From UHGV virus genome UHGV-1374526: a stretch of 64,000 nt of DNA, one strand, 5' to 3'. Shown here in pieces: positions 57,555 through 64,000 of this stretch (the first letter of the stretch is position 1; every line of letters begins with the position of its first letter). The position numbers and the translations under genes were made by a program. This stretch comes from a virus. The notes beneath the pieces were generated by a model. It was given only the letters and a program-made list of their open reading frames with translations. It was not told the DNA's origin and searched no databases.

Positions 57555-57641
57555 AAGTTATTTCTTTCTAATGGTGTTTTATTGTTTGGTTAGAGTTATT
57601 TGAGGGTTCTAATAAATAGGGTAGCTGGGGCGGGGTTTAAG

Positions 57642-58391
57642 TCATGCCCTGTAGGAGGGAAGGGTGGAAACGGTTGTGTGGTTATAGTCGAAGCGATAGT
57701 ATTGTGCACCAGTCAGGTTTTTAAGGCCTTGCTTCAAGCTCTCCACTTGTTCTTCCACTTTAACGGCTTGTGCAAAATAGGCGCACACGTAGTCGGAATT
57801 GCAAAGGCGGTAGTTTGAATCCTCAATTTCTTGAAGCTTGGTATCAAGGCGAACCATATCATTGAAGATTCCTTCAATGAATTTCTCCATGTCCCTCCCG
57901 GTGACAATCCGCTTCTGCCCCTGCGTCAATTCATTGACGTCAAAGTTAAAGGAAATATTTACGGTATCATACATGCCGGGGAGGATATGATGAAATACCA
58001 CTTTCTGCCATGAGTAGTGACTCCTATCTATATAGGCTCGGATTTTAATGTCCGCATCAACGCTTTGTTCGATTGCGGCGGCCAGACAGTCATTCATCAT
58101 CCGTTCTACTCGGACGTTATAGACCTTGCCTTCAAACTGGCGGAGGCGTTCGGCCACTAGTATCAGCATGCGGTGAGTAATAAAGGCGGCCAGACCATAG
58201 GCGGCATTATCTCGGACAACCTGTTTCAGGTTATGCCCCATGTTTTTCACCGGGATGACATAGTCATTCTGATTATTCTTCATGAGGTCGTCACGCACCT
58301 TGTCTACGGCGGCATCGATAGCGGCATTTGCCCGTTCAGTAAGGGCATTAATGGCGGCGGCACTGTTGAGGTTTGCGGATGTAGTATTCAT
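57642..58391 (-). CDS. hypothetical protein
   Basis: 249-aa ORF with promoter/hairpin cassette upstream. Confidence 0.45.
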   Translation of the reverse strand: MNTTSANLNSAAAINALTERANAAIDAAVDKVRDDLMKNNQNDYVIPVKNMGHNLKQVVRDNAAYGLAAFITHRMLILVAERLRQFEGKVYNVRVERMMNDCLAAAIEQSVDADIKIRAYIDRSHYSWQKVVFHHILPGMYDTVNISFNFDVNELTQGQKRIVTGRDMEKFIEGIFNDMVRLDTKLQEIEDSNYRLCNSDYVCAYFAQAVKVEEQVESLKQGLKNLTGAQYYRFDYNHTTVSTLPSYRA

Positions 58392-58464
58392 TGCTTTATT
58401 CTTTCTATTAGTTTATTGTTGTTTGGTTTATTGTTGCGGGGTTTGTCCCCCGCTGGATGATTTC

Positions 58465-58492
58465 AGTTTAGCAGATTTTCTTATCTTGTCAA
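58465..58492 (-). promoter_or_regulatory. leftward promoter cassette copy (TTGACAAGATAAGAAAATCTGCTAAACTG)
   Basis: -35 TTGACA and -10 TAAACT on the minus strand, followed by leader hairpin gcgggg/ccccgc at 58436-58453. Confidence 0.55.
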
Positions 58493-58530
58493 ATTATTTT
58501 TTAAGTTGTATGACAAAAAGCGTATCTTAT

Positions 58531-58959
58531 TTATTTTGAGAAGAGAACAACGAGGGGGATAGGAATATCCAAAAAGTTTCTATCTGTGTAAAGGGTAAAA
58601 GAATCAGAGTTTGTGCCATAATATTGCACGGCTCTTTCCCGGAATAATCTAATAGAGTTGCTTCTCACATACGGTTCGGCTTTCGGCTCGCACGTAGGAA
58701 CGGTGGTTGTGCAATCGGAAAGACGAGCACGGAACCTTTCTGTATTTTCAATCAAGTCCCTAACCTTGTAAGCGTTAAACTCTACAAGTTTAATGCTAAC
58801 GGCATTCTGAATACTGACGTGTTCATGAATCTCCTGCGCGTCCGGGTAGTAGTCATAGGTGCGCACAATGCGGCACTTTTCACCTTGGCTATTAACGGCG
58901 TTTGATGAAACGTCTTGCGCTTCCGTAGTTCCCCATACTTCAATCTCATTTTCTTTCAT
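58531..58959 (-). CDS. hypothetical protein
   Basis: 142-aa ORF. Confidence 0.45.
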   Translation of the reverse strand: MKENEIEVWGTTEAQDVSSNAVNSQGEKCRIVRTYDYYPDAQEIHEHVSIQNAVSIKLVEFNAYKVRDLIENTERFRARLSDCTTTVPTCEPKAEPYVRSNSIRLFRERAVQYYGTNSDSFTLYTDRNFLDIPIPLVVLFSK

Positions 58960-59011
58960 AGTATTATTCTTTCTATTGTTTTGTTGATATAGTTGCCGCC
59001 CTTCCGGTGGC

Positions 59012-59039
59012 TGATGAATGTACTTTAGCAGATTTTCTT
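59012..59039 (-). promoter_or_regulatory. leftward promoter cassette copy
   Basis: TTGACAAGATAAGAAAATCTGCTAAAGT on the minus strand. Confidence 0.55.
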
Positions 59040-59109
59040 ATCTTGTCAAATACTTTTTGTAGAGCGGCGTAGTTATTCACGGTCTGTAATTTATGATTGG
59101 TTTATTGTT

Positions 59110-59264
59110 AAACCCCGGAATCCCCGGAACCCGTTGCACCCGATATCCCCCGCATTCCGGGGGCGGGAATTATTCCTTTGTCTTTCTACTTTTTCTTTCT
59201 ATTTGGTTAGAGTTATTTGACGGGTTCCGGGGGTTCCGGGGTTTAAATGTTCCACGTGGAACAA
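59110..59264. repeat. iteron/inverted-repeat locus B: 24-bp arms AAACCCCGGAATCCCCGGAACCCG / CGGGTTCCGGGGGTTCCGGGGTTT (1 mismatch) separated by about 87 bp, plus palindrome TGTTCCACGTGGAACA
   Basis: Arms at 59110-59133 and 59221-59244. Palindrome at 59249-59264. Non-coding 317-nt gap. Confidence 0.65.
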
Positions 59265-59276
59265 GCCGCAAGTGGT

Positions 59277-59807
59277 TTATATTCTTCCAGTTGCCAGCGT
59301 TTGGCCGTGCATCGTGCGAACCCAGAAATTAACGATATCACGGGGACGGGGCGATACATTGTGCCCGTTCATATCGGTGAAAGTATGTCCCATTTCTACC
59401 AAGCCAATCAGGTTGCGGATAGTACTACGCAGGGTTTGATTTCCTTTCAGGTACACCTTTACCCGGCTACCGTCTGTAAGCTTGAGTTCAAGGTAGCAGT
59501 TAGTCATCCGGCAACCCGGATTTATCCATGACAAGACGGCGCCCATGTAGCGGGGCAGGACATAGTATTTTACACAGGGGCAGGGGGAACCGAAAGCCGG
59601 AGTGGCAGAATGAAGGGCAACCTGCTGGCCTTCAACGAGGTAGGCAAGATAGTAGTCTTTTTCCCACTCTTCAATGTTTTCAATGTCATCAGGGGCGAGG
59701 CTTTCATCTTCCCCACACGCCAAGTAATTGAGGGCATAGGTGGGAATGTCATGGATAAGGGCATAGTCTGATACTTTAAGAACTTCCGGTTTAGTTGTAG
59801 TCTTCAT
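59277..59807 (-). CDS. hypothetical protein
   Basis: 176-aa ORF. Confidence 0.45.
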   Translation of the reverse strand: MKTTTKPEVLKVSDYALIHDIPTYALNYLACGEDESLAPDDIENIEEWEKDYYLAYLVEGQQVALHSATPAFGSPCPCVKYYVLPRYMGAVLSWINPGCRMTNCYLELKLTDGSRVKVYLKGNQTLRSTIRNLIGLVEMGHTFTDMNGHNVSPRPRDIVNFWVRTMHGQTLATGRI

Positions 59808-59861
59808 AATATGGTTGCTTTCTATTGTTTTATTGTTGTTTGATTTTATAGGGCGGCGTAG

Positions 59862-60191
59862 TTATTCAATGGGAAGCGGGAATAATTGAGCATGGGAAGC
59901 TTTAGCTACTGGCTGGCAGAACCGTTGTTCCAGATACTGGTTAATTTCCGCCGGGTCGTAGGTACACCAAGCCCCTAACTCATTCTCTTTCACCGCCTTC
60001 CACAATCGGGCTATGTCAGAATCATCTAATTCTGGCAGGGCGTCCCACGGGTATATGTTAAGCAGGGCGGCAATGGGGCGTGCATGCGAGGATGACTTGG
60101 CGAAAAAGATAAGAGACAGAAGGCCTTCGCCGTTTTCGTAGAATGCCCATGCCGGGATTTCGTTGTCTTTCAATGTGATTTGAGTGTTCAT
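59862..60191 (-). CDS. early-region paralog A (MN.QI.LKD.E...WA.YENG.G.LSL family)
   Basis: Aligns along its length with the 62324..62692 product (HARP.AA...I.PWD shared). Confidence 0.5.
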   Translation of the reverse strand: MNTQITLKDNEIPAWAFYENGEGLLSLIFFAKSSSHARPIAALLNIYPWDALPELDDSDIARLWKAVKENELGAWCTYDPAEINQYLEQRFCQPVAKASHAQLFPLPIE

Positions 60192-60250
60192 GATATAGTG
60201 TTTTTTAGGTTTGAGGTTATGCGGGAGACAAGCTCCCGCTTGCTGATTTT

Positions 60251-60278
60251 AGTTTATCGGATTTTATTATCTTGTCAA
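60251..60278 (-). promoter_or_regulatory. leftward promoter cassette copy
   Basis: TTGACAAGATAATAAAATCCGATAAACT on the minus strand. Leader hairpin gcgggag/ctcccgc at 60221-60239. Confidence 0.55.
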
Positions 60279-60315
60279 ATACTTTTTTAGGGCGGTGTAA
60301 CTTTTCAGGGGGAAC

Positions 60316-60618
60316 TTAACGGTTATACACAATCCTTGCGCCCGCTTCTTCCAGTGCAAGACATAATGGGTCTGAAATAAAGGCACGGCTGACTACCATT
60401 TCATGAGGGCGATAGTCCGCAATGCTGATTGCCCGCATTTCCCCAGATTCCCGGCCCCTGACAAGCAAGGTAAGCTTGCTTCCGGTTGCTTCCGCTAGTG
60501 CGGCGATTAGTCCTAGCTCTTCATCATGGCGTGCGGATAGTTGGAATAGATAGGGGCGTGTTTCCCGGATATGAGCGGCTAAAATATCGATTGCCTTTTT
60601 CTTTTCGTCTTCATTCAT
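60316..60618 (-). CDS. hypothetical protein
   Basis: 100-aa ORF with conserved A-rich leader. Confidence 0.45.
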   Translation of the reverse strand: MNEDEKKKAIDILAAHIRETRPYLFQLSARHDEELGLIAALAEATGSKLTLLVRGRESGEMRAISIADYRPHEMVVSRAFISDPLCLALEEAGARIVYNR

Positions 60619-60694
60619 TGTCTTATTTCTTTCTATTGTTTTATTGTTAATATGTTAGGGCGGTGTAATTATTCAGCTTTAACGGGTTTCATAT

Positions 60695-61084
60695 TCATTG
60701 AATGATACGCAGATAAGATACATGTTGTGAATTAGAATGCCGGGTATCTTCTACCTGCTGGACGTTTTCAATGCCGAAGGGGAGCCATGCTATCTTTTCC
60801 GCTAGCGATAATCTTTCAAGGGTTAAATATGGAGATTCATTCACGGATGAAATTATCATAACGTCATAAGCACCAATCCGATAGATAGAAAACGTATCTT
60901 TCAGGTACATGCTTCCCGGCTTGGCCGTCTTGTCCTGTAGTACTTCCGAAGCTGCCCACATGGCGGGGGAAAGGGTATACTCTTTTCGGTGCAAGGAATT
61001 AAAGCTTTCAATGGCGAGGTGAACTTTTCCATTTCCTTCTACTTTTATTTCCTTTCTGATATGTAATTCTGATATGTCTTTCAT
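60695..61084 (-). CDS. hypothetical protein
   Basis: 129-aa ORF with conserved leader. Confidence 0.45.
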   Translation of the reverse strand: MKDISELHIRKEIKVEGNGKVHLAIESFNSLHRKEYTLSPAMWAASEVLQDKTAKPGSMYLKDTFSIYRIGAYDVMIISSVNESPYLTLERLSLAEKIAWLPFGIENVQQVEDTRHSNSQHVSYLRIIQ

Positions 61085-61139
61085 GGCTTAGTTTTCTTTC
61101 TATTGTTTTATTTTATAGAGCGGCGTATCTTTTCAAGGT

Positions 61140-61568
61140 TCAATAAATCTCTTCCAGCTCTTCCCATTCACCCGGGCGGGTGAAGAAGGTTTTAAGTTCT
61201 GCGTACTCGTGACATGCGCCCGTGTACATGCTATAGGAAAGCATATTGCGTTCCCCCGTTTCCTCGTCATACTCGGGCAATCCCATATCTTCACAAAAAT
61301 CTTGATATGAGCCACAATCGGACTTACACAGACAGGCAAGCACGTCATATGCGGTGGGCGTCTTTCCTCGGTTGGCAAGAGACTGATAGAAGGTGATGAA
61401 GATTGCATGCCTTTCTCCCTTCTGACGGTCTTCCCGGTGTAAGACAATTTCCCATGTACTATGTTGCTTGTCATCCCATAAGGGCGTGAACATGCCCTTA
61501 TACTTTCCGGTAATGCGGATTCCGCAATTTTCAAGGAATCTTTTTGCGTGTTCTGTATATATGCTCAT
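61140..61568 (-). CDS. hypothetical Cys-containing protein
   Basis: 142 aa. The start abuts the conserved AACAATAGAAAGAAATAATACA leader. Preferred over the alternate-frame 61133..61534. Confidence 0.45.
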   Translation of the reverse strand: MSIYTEHAKRFLENCGIRITGKYKGMFTPLWDDKQHSTWEIVLHREDRQKGERHAIFITFYQSLANRGKTPTAYDVLACLCKSDCGSYQDFCEDMGLPEYDEETGERNMLSYSMYTGACHEYAELKTFFTRPGEWEELEEIY

Positions 61569-61637
61569 TGTATTATTTCTTTCTATTGTTGATTTTTGAT
61601 TTTATAGGGCGGTGTAACTTTTCAAGGGGGGGGGAAA

Positions 61638-62189
61638 TTATACCCGGCTCACCAGTTTGAGGACAAGATTTAACCCTTCATCGTAGGTGCGCACCATATG
61701 ACGGCCTGCCTCATAGGTCTCACATTCTGCGGGCGTCAAATAGTAGCGGTGGACGAAAAACGCAGGACTAGGACGGCCATAGCGGTTATAGTCCCATGAG
61801 GCAGGGGCCTGTGCGTTGTCCCACTGTAGCCATGCAACGGGAACATAGTCTTGCGAGGTATAAAGGTCTACGAGTTTATCGGTGGACAGGGCGAAAAGCC
61901 ACTTACCGCCGTGAGAGTGGATAGAGCCGAAAACGTCATCCAATGGGACTACCGCACCCGGGTTTTTGACTAGGGTAGCAATCTCGCCGTTAGGTAGGAT
62001 TGCCCACACGGCGGAGACGCGCCCGCCGTCATTATCTCCTTCAATGTAGGCATACAGGCCCGCCCCTTCATAATAATCCGGAGAATGTACGTCTACCGCA
62101 CCTTTGATTCCTTCCGGGTGCATGTTCCTGAAATGATTTGCGAGGCCTGTGAATGTGGTGGCGGGAATATTAATGATTTGATTGTTCAT
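61638..62189 (-). CDS. hypothetical protein
   Basis: 183-aa ORF with conserved leader. Confidence 0.45.
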   Translation of the reverse strand: MNNQIINIPATTFTGLANHFRNMHPEGIKGAVDVHSPDYYEGAGLYAYIEGDNDGGRVSAVWAILPNGEIATLVKNPGAVVPLDDVFGSIHSHGGKWLFALSTDKLVDLYTSQDYVPVAWLQWDNAQAPASWDYNRYGRPSPAFFVHRYYLTPAECETYEAGRHMVRTYDEGLNLVLKLVSRV

Positions 62190-62257
62190 TGTCTTATTCT
62201 TTCTATTGTTTTAGTGTTTCTTTTCGTTGTCCGGGTTGTTCCCCCGTTGATGATTTC

Positions 62258-62285
62258 AATTTATCAGATTTTCGTATCTTGTCAA
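62258..62285 (-). promoter_or_regulatory. leftward promoter cassette copy
   Basis: TTGACAAGATACGAAAATCTGATAAATT on the minus strand. Confidence 0.55.
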
Positions 62286-62323
62286 ATTGTTTTTTGAGTT
62301 GTATGACAAAAAGCGTAAGTTAT

Positions 62324-62692
62324 TCAGCACACGAGGGAGACGAGGCCGAACGCCCACTTTGCGGTGTAGCCCATGCGCTCTTCTTCCATGATTGTTTCAA
62401 CGTTGCCCGTAGGGTAGATGACGGTAGTATACGCAACTGGCCGGGTAGCCTCTTGCCTCAAAAATGTGTGGATATCGGCAATGTCATAGTTAACGCCTTC
62501 CCACATGTGAATCATGTCAAGGTCTGCCAGCGCGGGCTTAACGTCCCATGGGAGAATGTCAAACACCGCCGCAACAGGGCGGGCGTGTGCGATTGTTTCA
62601 GCGTACAGGACAAGAGACAGGACGCCGGAACCGTTTTCGTAGATTGCCCATGTCAGCGTTTCACCGTCTTTCAATTTGATTTGATTGTTCAT
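62324..62692 (-). CDS. early-region paralog B
   Basis: Paralogous to 59862..60191. Confidence 0.5.
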   Translation of the reverse strand: MNNQIKLKDGETLTWAIYENGSGVLSLVLYAETIAHARPVAAVFDILPWDVKPALADLDMIHMWEGVNYDIADIHTFLRQEATRPVAYTTVIYPTGNVETIMEEERMGYTAKWAFGLVSLVC

Positions 62693-62761
62693 TGTTTAAT
62701 CTCCTATCTATTGTTTTAGTGTTTCTTTTCGTTATCCGGGTTGTTCCCCCGTTGATGATTT

Positions 62762-62789
62762 CAATTTATCAGATTTTCGTATCTTGTCA
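62762..62789 (-). promoter_or_regulatory. leftward promoter cassette copy
   Basis: Near-identical to the copy at 62258-62285, including about 60 nt of flanking sequence. Confidence 0.55.
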
Positions 62790-62833
62790 AATAGTTTTTT
62801 GAGTTGTATGACACAATCATAAGTGCCTGATTA

Positions 62834-63472
62834 TCATAGGGTGAAGAGAGCCGTGTACTCTCTTGTACCGTCTCCCGTGCCTCTGAAAATATCATCAGCG
62901 GGAAAGGGCAGGGCCTTAACTGCGGCAAGTAGGGCGTCTTCAATCGCGTCCGCCTTTTCCGCTGGCAAGCCCGCGCCGTAAGTCACAGAGAGAAGAATCT
63001 CTGTAGGTTCAGGGTCTTCCGTGCCAAGCGGGCCGCATGTGAGAGCTTCAACCGCTTCCAGATAGTCCACATTGCCAAGGCGTCTATCATGCACGATTGC
63101 AAGACGGTCTTTCTTAATTTTCCGGCGCAACCGGGTGGCAACCTTGCGGATGATTGCGAGCTTTTCAGCCGCAACGGCGGGTGCGTCATCTTCTGTCTTT
63201 TCTGTCTCTTCTGTCTCTTCTGTCCACCGCACCGCCTTGATGAATAAGCACAAGTCAAGAAAATTGTGGTGGTGGATATCCGGGTTGCAACCGCCGGAGA
63301 TGACATAATCCATGAGTGCGGCCTTGACGTCATCTTCATTTCCGCTATCAACGGCGGTGGCAAGGTTGTTCATGTGGAAAAACGTTGCGTAGTCATAGAT
63401 TGCTTTAAGGTGCGTTGCGGGAACATAATTGATTGCACCCTCGCGGCGGTCTAAAATGATATCGATAATCAT
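62834..63472 (-). CDS. hypothetical acidic protein (TEETEETEKTEDD repeat)
   Basis: 212 aa. The first gene of the leftward block as seen in this window. Confidence 0.45.
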   Translation of the reverse strand: MIIDIILDRREGAINYVPATHLKAIYDYATFFHMNNLATAVDSGNEDDVKAALMDYVISGGCNPDIHHHNFLDLCLFIKAVRWTEETEETEKTEDDAPAVAAEKLAIIRKVATRLRRKIKKDRLAIVHDRRLGNVDYLEAVEALTCGPLGTEDPEPTEILLSVTYGAGLPAEKADAIEDALLAAVKALPFPADDIFRGTGDGTREYTALFTL

Positions 63473-63526
63473 GATTTTAATCCTTTCTTTTAGATAGTGT
63501 TCTCATTGTTCCGGGTTGTTCCCGGT

Positions 63527-63554
63527 GGATGATTGCAATTTAACATGATTGCGG
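63527..63554 (-). promoter_or_regulatory. leftward promoter (TTGACG-16-TAAATT) with CCGGG-AACAA-CCCGG leader hairpin
   Basis: Hairpin at 63501-63515 (plus strand) between the promoter and the ATG at 63472. Confidence 0.5.
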
Positions 63555-63619
63555 AGAGCGTCAAGCGGTTTTCTTTCCGGCGCGTTGTAACTCGCTAACT
63601 ATCTGCGAGTTATAATTGT

Positions 63620-64000
63620 GTCATACAACTTTTGTGTGCGGTTGCGTCATACTCGCTAGCGCGTGCGGTTGCGTCATACAACTTTCCCGGTTCCCCCGGT
63701 TCCCCCGGTTCCCCCGGTTCCCCCGGTTCCCCCGGTTCCCTTTTATATATATAGTGTAGGGAAATGTAAATGTAAATGTAAATGTTCCACATGGAACATT
63801 TATGCAATCCGGATTCCGGATTCCGGCAATCGGGCAATCGGTTTGTTGTGGTGGGATAGCGGGTTCAACGGCTTCAACGGGTATCAGGATTCAACGGGTA
63901 TCAGGATTCAACGGCTTCAACGGGTATCAGGATTCAACGGATATCCGGTAGTTGTGGTGGGATAGCGGGTTCAACGGGTTCAACGGGTTCAACGGGTTCA
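63620..64000. repeat. repeat-dense non-coding region with multiple tandem repeat families (candidate genome terminus/origin)
   Basis: GCGTGCGGTTGCGTCATAC x2. CCGGTTCCC x6 (63686-63740). AAATGT x4. Palindrome AATGTTCCACATGGAACATT (63781-63800). GGATTCC x2. GGCAATCG x2. Roughly 30-bp unit GTTGTGGTGGGATAGCGGGTTCAACGG x2. Many (G/C/A)TTCAACGG and GGTATCAGGA units up to the window edge. Confidence 0.7.

Noticed and set aside
61133-61534. Alternative-frame minus ORF overlapping 61140..61568
   Set aside because: Only 61140..61568 begins directly at the conserved A-rich leader. The alternative frame has no start context.
63686-63746. Possible CRISPR array (CCGGTTCCC x6 and other short tandem repeats)
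   Set aside because: The units are 9 bp with no intervening unique spacers. There are no 25-40-bp repeat/spacer units and no cas genes. These are simple tandem repeats or iterons.
1-64000. Lysogeny module (integrase, CI-like repressor, attP) or toxin-antitoxin pair
   Set aside because: No ORF shows tyrosine or serine recombinase catalytic motifs. The wHTH and HTH proteins at 24.2-25.0 kb lack a partnered recombinase. Nothing in this window supports temperate lifestyle elements.

Overview
The window reads as a contiguous piece of a tailed dsDNA phage genome, from both gene content and gene organisation. No rRNA or tRNA genes, integrase, or CRISPR array are evident.

**Rightward block (1–49.2 kb).** Gene order is: MazG-like protein; family-A DNA polymerase (exo DFETY, motif C VHDE); SF2 helicase; Cas4-like PD-(D/E)xK nuclease; RuvC-like resolvase; large terminase; candidate portal, scaffold and major capsid genes; tail/virion proteins; then a long accessory region. 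The accessory region holds zinc-ribbon paralogs, a cluster of membrane micro-peptides, a protein with five tandem Cys modules, wHTH regulators, a cytidylyltransferase-like enzyme, a tandem array of six overlapping ~80-aa paralogs, a GH108-like endolysin and a holin candidate, a 961-aa virion protein, and a 3231-aa giant ORF carrying an HExxH motif.

**Leftward block (49.3–63.5 kb).** About 24 small genes lie on the minus strand. They include ThyX, an NAD-dependent DNA ligase and a DUF3310-like protein. Many are preceded by a repeated cassette of promoter, GC hairpin and A-rich leader.

**Signals.** The promoters match TTGACA-N16/17-TATAAT, and several are placed 5–8 nt before the ATG, which suggests leaderless mRNAs. 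Shine-Dalgarno sequences are essentially absent. Intrinsic terminators follow the capsid-module genes, and one bidirectional terminator sits at 49.25 kb where the two blocks converge.

**Repeat loci.** Three non-coding loci (27.4 kb, 59.1–59.3 kb, 63.7–63.8 kb) carry GGAACC/GGTTCC direct and inverted repeats; the latter two also carry a GTTCCACRTGGAAC palindrome. The right end of the window (63.5–64.0 kb) is densely packed with several tandem-repeat families and is a candidate genome terminus or origin.

**Candidates for something new.** The most promising are: (i) the six-gene overlapping paralog array; (ii) the giant HExxH protein; (iii) the iteron/palindrome loci; (iv) the repeated early-gene cassettes; (v) a set of sub-60-aa transmembrane peptides the ORF track misses.

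Most functional calls rest on short motifs and gene context only. No database search was possible.
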